A DNA stretch of 9,649 nt, from positions 1 to 9,649 of the IMG/VR virus record IMGVR_UViG_3300014893_000026; one strand, given 5' to 3'. This document shows, in pieces, positions 6,482 through 9,649 of the stretch. The DNA is from a virus (Duplodnaviria > Heunggongvirae > Uroviricota > Caudoviricetes). Each line of letters starts with the position of its first letter. The first letter of the stretch is position 1. Under the pieces are notes generated by a model. That model had not been told where the DNA came from and searched no databases. It was given only the letters and a program-made list of their open reading frames with translations. The position numbers and the translations under genes were made by a program.

Positions 6482-6578
6482 TGGTTTCTCCACAAATTTT
6501 TATCCACGAGCGGGACTGCACTCCCTTTTCGTTGATGCAGGATGAACTTACTGCGATTTTTAATAGTTATCAAGGATA

Positions 6579-6598
6579 CACTGTTCATAAATACAGTA
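6579..6598. promoter_or_regulatory. Canonical LexA (SOS) box, CTGT-N8-ACAG
   Basis: caCTGTtcataaatACAGta: CTGT 6581-6584, 8-nt AT-rich spacer, ACAG 6593-6596. Lies in the 162-bp intergenic region between the rusA stop and the KilA-N start, about 100 bp upstream of the KilA-N ATG. Only CTGT-N8-ACAG match I found by eye in the window. Confidence 0.6.
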
Positions 6599-6643
6599 TC
6601 TTTAACGAGGTAATACCCAAATTTAGGGTGTTGCTCAATTCCG

Positions 6644-7039
6644 TTACCGAGTTGCTAATTTGCAACTCGCTTTTTCGTACTTACTGATAGTGATCTCGAC
6701 CTTCCCCTCCGGGATAACCGGTCCCCACTCCACCAGCATTCTTTTCACCTGACTGTCGTCTTCCCACACACCCGCGTGGGTCAGGGCGTCAAACAGCGCC
6801 TTGTTATAGTTGTCCAGATCGCGGATCCGGTTATCCGGAGGAAACAACACGATCTCCACTGAAGCAGGTGCCGACGTTGGTTTTGGCAGACGACGTAACT
6901 GCTCAACTATTGCTGCACACGCCGCGCTCTGGAATTTTCGCCCCGCCGCGCTTATCAGGCTCTTACCAGCAAACGCCCCTTTGTTGGGGTGTCGCCAGTA
7001 CGTGTTCACGCTGGGCGGAAAAGGCAGGATCAGCTTCAT
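6644..7039 (-). CDS. rusA: RusA-family Holliday junction resolvase
   Basis: 131 aa. LPFPPSVNTYWRH and RDLDNYNKALFDALTHAGVWEDDSQV match the recalled RusA motifs LPWPPSNNRYYRH and [26 protein letters not shown]. Start overlaps the upstream gene stop (ATGA). Confidence 0.85.
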   Translation of the reverse strand: MKLILPFPPSVNTYWRHPNKGAFAGKSLISAAGRKFQSAACAAIVEQLRRLPKPTSAPASVEIVLFPPDNRIRDLDNYNKALFDALTHAGVWEDDSQVKRMLVEWGPVIPEGKVEITISKYEKASCKLATR

Positions 7040-7362
7040 ACTTTCAGGCCCCTCTCATGTAACCAGTGGGCTGCACGCAGCCTGGCGTTTTCCTCACCGG
7101 CAAGCAGTGAGCGGATAATCCCGACCGCCTCGCTGTCGTCGTCCTTCACCACGGTATGAAGCGTGATCCCCCGGGCCACACCACGCTTTATCGTGATGAC
7201 GCCTTTTTTCTCCAGTGCGCGAAGATGCTCCACCGCTGCATTCACTGAACGGTATCCCAGCATGGTTGCCACCTCCTGATTGGTTGGCGGGAAGCCACGT
7301 TCTTTCTGATAAGAAATCAGCATATCCAGCACCTGCTGCTGGCATTGAGTTAACGTCGTCAT
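7036..7362 (-). CDS. LexA N-terminal DNA-binding-domain protein lacking the S24 peptidase domain
   Basis: Likely start ATG 7360-7362 (overlaps upstream stop, TAATG). MTTLTQCQQQVLDMLISYQKERGFPPTNQEVATMLGYRSVNAAVEHLRALEKKGVITIKRGVARGITL aligns along its length with recalled E. coli LexA residues ~1-70, including the recognition-helix region (GFRSPNAAEEHLKAL in LexA). Only ~40 further residues follow; no Ser/Lys peptidase domain. Confidence 0.75.
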   Translation of the reverse strand: MTTLTQCQQQVLDMLISYQKERGFPPTNQEVATMLGYRSVNAAVEHLRALEKKGVITIKRGVARGITLHTVVKDDDSEAVGIIRSLLAGEENARLRAAHWLHERGLKV

Positions 7363-7850
7363 TAAGCCCCCACGTAATTCCCTGACAGATACCACTCATC
7401 ACCCGATGCAGCGCGCTTGCTGCTTTTCCGTAAGCACCGCTCACGACGCGCAAGAAAATTGTTTCGCTCTTGCTGGGAGTGGCTTTCACGGAATGCCGCC
7501 ATCCACACCGTTGCAGCACGACGGTATAAGCCCCTTGACTCCAGTTCTTCAGCCTGGCGGGTCAGGCACAAAATCACCCGGGGATCGTTAGTGCCGACAT
7601 AGAAATTGCGCACAGGTCTGGTTTCACGAACTGGTTGTGGTTCCGGCTCCTGCGCTCTCTCAGTCAGGCGCGGGAAATGTCTGCGTGTATCTCCTTCACA
7701 ACGGTGAGCCACACGCCCACTCTGACGTAACTTGCTTGCTGACTGCAGAACGCGCTGCCGTGAGTAACCTGCAAAAGCATCCGCAACGTCTCCGGAAGTA
7801 CACCCCGGATGGGCTTCAATGAATTTCTGAACGTCATTTAACAGACTCAT
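7362..7850 (-). CDS. Putative regulator: N-terminal winged-helix-like region plus C-terminal PerC/Pch-like motif
   Basis: Likely start ATG 7848-7850 (MSLLNDVQKF...) with GGGGG upstream. C-terminal RGLYRRAATVWMAAF...ERNNFLARRERCL resembles the GLWRRA..RW motif recalled for PerC/Pch activators. The PerC assignment is tentative. Confidence 0.55.
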   Translation of the reverse strand: MSLLNDVQKFIEAHPGCTSGDVADAFAGYSRQRVLQSASKLRQSGRVAHRCEGDTRRHFPRLTERAQEPEPQPVRETRPVRNFYVGTNDPRVILCLTRQAEELESRGLYRRAATVWMAAFRESHSQQERNNFLARRERCLRKSSKRAASGDEWYLSGNYVGA

Positions 7851-7852
7851 GA

Positions 7853-8794
7853 TCACCCCCTGAATCCTGCCGGGATCTGGCTGTAGTCCACGTTGTCGTA
7901 ACTGGATTTGAAGTACGGGTCTTCGCGTTTTTCGGTGTACGTGCTGACGGACGGTGATAAGCGCAGGGAAAGCTCATCCCATTTTTCCCGCAACTTCGAC
8001 GGGCTGAGCACGTTACGGCACCAGAACGGATCGCGGTTGACGCGGCTGTACATCTCGCAGATTTGTTTGTGAGTACGACCATCCTGCACACACATCAGGC
8101 GAATTTCGTTTGCCCAGGCTGTCCAGTTCGGTTCTTTGGGACGAACCACCTCGCCGTCACATTCGGCGGCCTGCTCGTACAGGGCGATGATTTTTTTCCA
8201 GAGCCACTGTGCGCAGGTCAAATCATCCTGCGTTCCCCACTGGCGCTTTTTAGGGCTGAATACAACCGCATCAGGATGGCGAGTTAAAAACTCCTGTTCA
8301 GCCGTCTGCGTGTCCGGTTGCGAAGCGTCCGGACGAGAAGTATTTTTATCTGACGGATCATGTTTTGATTTTACTGACGGATCCCCGCCAGATTCTGACG
8401 GGTGAAAACCCGCTTTTTTGCCAGATTTCGACGCATCAAATTTTGACGGGTCAGATTTTGATGCGTCAGATTTTGACGGGTCAGAATCTGACAGTTGAGA
8501 AAATGCCGCTGCCTGAAGCTTCGCAACGTTAAGCTGATAAACATTCGACGCATTGCGGTTACCCTGGCGACGCGCCTTACGCGTTAACCAGCCTTCTGCT
8601 TCCAGCCGTGCGATAGCCGTTCTGACGGTACTCATCCCCGCGCCAATCTGGCGGGCAATGGTTTCAATTGATGGCCAGCACACACCTTCGTCATTACTGA
8701 AATCAGCCAGGCGGGCCATAATTGCCACGCTGGATAACTTCATGCCTGATGCAGCGCAACCATCCCATACATAGCCGGTTAATTTAGTGCTCAT
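7853..8794 (-). CDS. Phage replication initiation protein (O-like), N-terminal winged-helix domain, internal iteron-encoded linker
   Basis: 313 aa. The N-terminus (SVAIMARLADFSNDEGVCWPSIETIARQIGAGMSTVRTAIARLEAEGWL) looks like the HTH domain of phage replication initiators. The central low-complexity SDSDPSKSDASKSDPSKFDASKS region is encoded by tandem DNA repeats. AGAGG upstream of ATG 8792-8794. Confidence 0.7.
   Translation of the reverse strand: MSTKLTGYVWDGCAASGMKLSSVAIMARLADFSNDEGVCWPSIETIARQIGAGMSTVRTAIARLEAEGWLTRKARRQGNRNASNVYQLNVAKLQAAAFSQLSDSDPSKSDASKSDPSKFDASKSGKKAGFHPSESGGDPSVKSKHDPSDKNTSRPDASQPDTQTAEQEFLTRHPDAVVFSPKKRQWGTQDDLTCAQWLWKKIIALYEQAAECDGEVVRPKEPNWTAWANEIRLMCVQDGRTHKQICEMYSRVNRDPFWCRNVLSPSKLREKWDELSLRLSPSVSTYTEKREDPYFKSSYDNVDYSQIPAGFRG
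8340..8500. repeat. Iteron-like array of ~15-bp imperfect direct repeats inside the replication initiator gene (candidate origin)
   Basis: Recurring (T/C)TGACGG / TGA(C/T)GC cores at 8351, 8375, 8396, 8429, 8444, 8458, 8474 (e.g. cagattttgacgggt / cagattttgatgcgt / cagattttgacgggt), with a more AT-rich stretch at 8336-8375 on the gene-downstream side. Confidence 0.6.
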
Positions 8795-8803
8795 GACCGA
8801 CCT

Positions 8804-9142
8804 CTATTTCCCTGAATTTACGACGAAACTGTTCGAGCGGGCTGAAGCACTCATGCTCATAGCCTTCGCGGAGGTAGATAACTCGTTGTGTTTCCGGCTC
8901 CCAACGAATGACTCTGACGGGCACTCCGTAGTGATCTTTGAACCAGCGGTTAACTTGTCGCAAAGGACTGTCTCCTTCTGCCGGTTGAAATCACCCACAG
9001 CCCACTCAGCAAAGCTGTGGGTTACAATTTCCCTGTCACCTGGTACATTAACTGCATAGCAATACTCCACCTTCGCTTTTCCACCCGGTACAGGAAGCGC
9101 AATCAGTTGCGAGCGACGGTAGTGTGTTGTTAAACTGTTCAT
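8804..9142 (-). CDS. Hypothetical 112-aa protein between the CII-like gene and the replication gene
   Basis: ATG 9140-9142 overlaps the upstream gene stop (ATGA); GGAGA 9 nt upstream. Stop is 9 nt before the replication gene start. Same orientation as the operon. No family recognised; the S/A-rich C-terminus and a competing plus-strand ORF (8787..9059) reduce confidence. Confidence 0.4.
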   Translation of the reverse strand: MNSLTTHYRRSQLIALPVPGGKAKVEYCYAVNVPGDREIVTHSFAEWAVGDFNRQKETVLCDKLTAGSKITTECPSESFVGSRKHNELSTSAKAMSMSASARSNSFVVNSGK

Positions 9143-9649
9143 GCGTTAGTTTCTCCACAGTCACGACACGCCACGGCGCCCGGAGCTGCACACTCGCGGG
9201 CGTCATTACTTTCTGAAATGCAAAAGATTTTGTAGACCAGTGCTGCATGCTCCTGCAGCTTCGAAATTGAGAGATACAGCTCGTCGTTAATTGCTGTCTT
9301 CTCATGCGGTTCCACCACACCGTCTTCGATTGCCGAACGAATCTGTCTGGAATAACTGCCAATCTGTTCAATGACTTCCAGCAGGCGCTGGTTAATATCC
9401 GCGTTGTCCACATCCTCGACGTCAGGAAGAGACACAAAGACGCCATTTGCAGACTGCGCCACAGCGTCAGCAATGAAGTGAGTTCCACCAGCACGTTGCA
9501 AAATCATTGCCCATCCCAGCGGGAAAATCTGATCGCCATCGGCACGAAGGCGGTTAAATAATGCGTTTTCTGTTACATCCAGCCAGTCAGCTGCTTCAGC
9601 GTAACCACCCGGCAACGCTGCGATAGTTTTTCTGACAGCTTTCACGTAC
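9139..9649 (-). CDS. Phage CII-like regulatory protein (CP76-type), 5' end probably beyond window
   Basis: ORF open to the window edge (the first codon in the track is a GTG, and the frame stays open upstream). [29 protein letters not shown]...VSLPDV resembles the recalled pattern of ~160-aa phage regulatory CII-family proteins. Position upstream of the replication gene fits. Assignment from memory. Confidence 0.45.
   Translation of the reverse strand, partial: YVKAVRKTIAALPGGYAEAADWLDVTENALFNRLRADGDQIFPLGWAMILQRAGGTHFIADAVAQSANGVFVSLPDVEDVDNADINQRLLEVIEQIGSYSRQIRSAIEDGVVEPHEKTAINDELYLSISKLQEHAALVYKIFCISESNDARECAAPGAVACRDCGETNA

Noticed and set aside
5720-6687. ORFs 5720..5950 (+), 6172..6462 (-), 6347..6535 (+), 6481..6687 (+)
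   Set aside because: Internal or antisense to the KilA-N gene, or spanning the SOS-box intergenic region without an RBS at any ATG; 6481..6687 starts at a TTG.
6810-7856. ORFs 6810..7118 (+), 6868..7062 (+), 7094..7519 (-), 7406..7591 (+), 7417..7602 (+), 7637..7822 (+)
   Set aside because: Overlap the translationally coupled rusA / LexA-domain / PerC-like genes in other frames; GC-rich sequence makes such open frames common.
7834-8405. ORFs 7834..8091 (-), 8063..8287 (+), 8136..8405 (+)
   Set aside because: Alternative frames within the replication initiator gene.
8371-8553. 60-aa minus-strand ORF with a QNLTHQNLTRQNL repeat
   Set aside because: It is an alternative frame through the iteron DNA repeats, fully inside the replication initiator gene; the periodicity comes from the DNA repeats, not from a separate gene.
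8787-9561. ORFs 8787..9059 (+), 9048..9494 (-), 9304..9561 (+)
   Set aside because: 8787..9059 competes with the operon-oriented 112-aa ORF and would need a start overlapping the divergent initiator ATG (possible but less parsimonious); the other two are alternative frames of the CII-like gene.
1-9649. tRNA, rRNA or integrase/attachment-site features
   Set aside because: I saw no sequence with recognisable tRNA or rRNA features and no integrase or transposase ORF; a tRNA cannot be excluded by eye, so this is absence of evidence only.

Overview
This window reads as a lambdoid (E. coli Qin-like) prophage segment, with almost every gene on the minus strand. From right to left: a CII-like regulator (5' end off-window), a 112-aa hypothetical, a replication initiator with an internal iteron array, a PerC-like regulator, a LexA DNA-binding-domain-only protein, RusA resolvase, a KilA-N protein, a DUF968/HNH-like protein, antiterminator Q, the late promoter PR' and terminator tR', divergent cold-shock genes cspF/cspB, a small zinc-ribbon gene, then the lysis cassette (pinholin, DUF1327 protein, SAR-type endolysin, start of Rz). 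Many stop/start codons overlap (ATGA/TAATG), consistent with operons. The most interesting candidate system is a canonical LexA (SOS) box (6581-6596) upstream of the KilA-N / DUF968 / Q gene string, together with a phage-encoded LexA DNA-binding domain that lacks the autocleavage domain (7036-7362). Other points of note are a perfect 76-bp tandem duplication in the cspB-cspF control region, several small ORFs below the ORF-track length cutoff, and a 10-N assembly gap at 4682-4691. All family and gene-name assignments are from reading the translations and from memory; no database search was possible.
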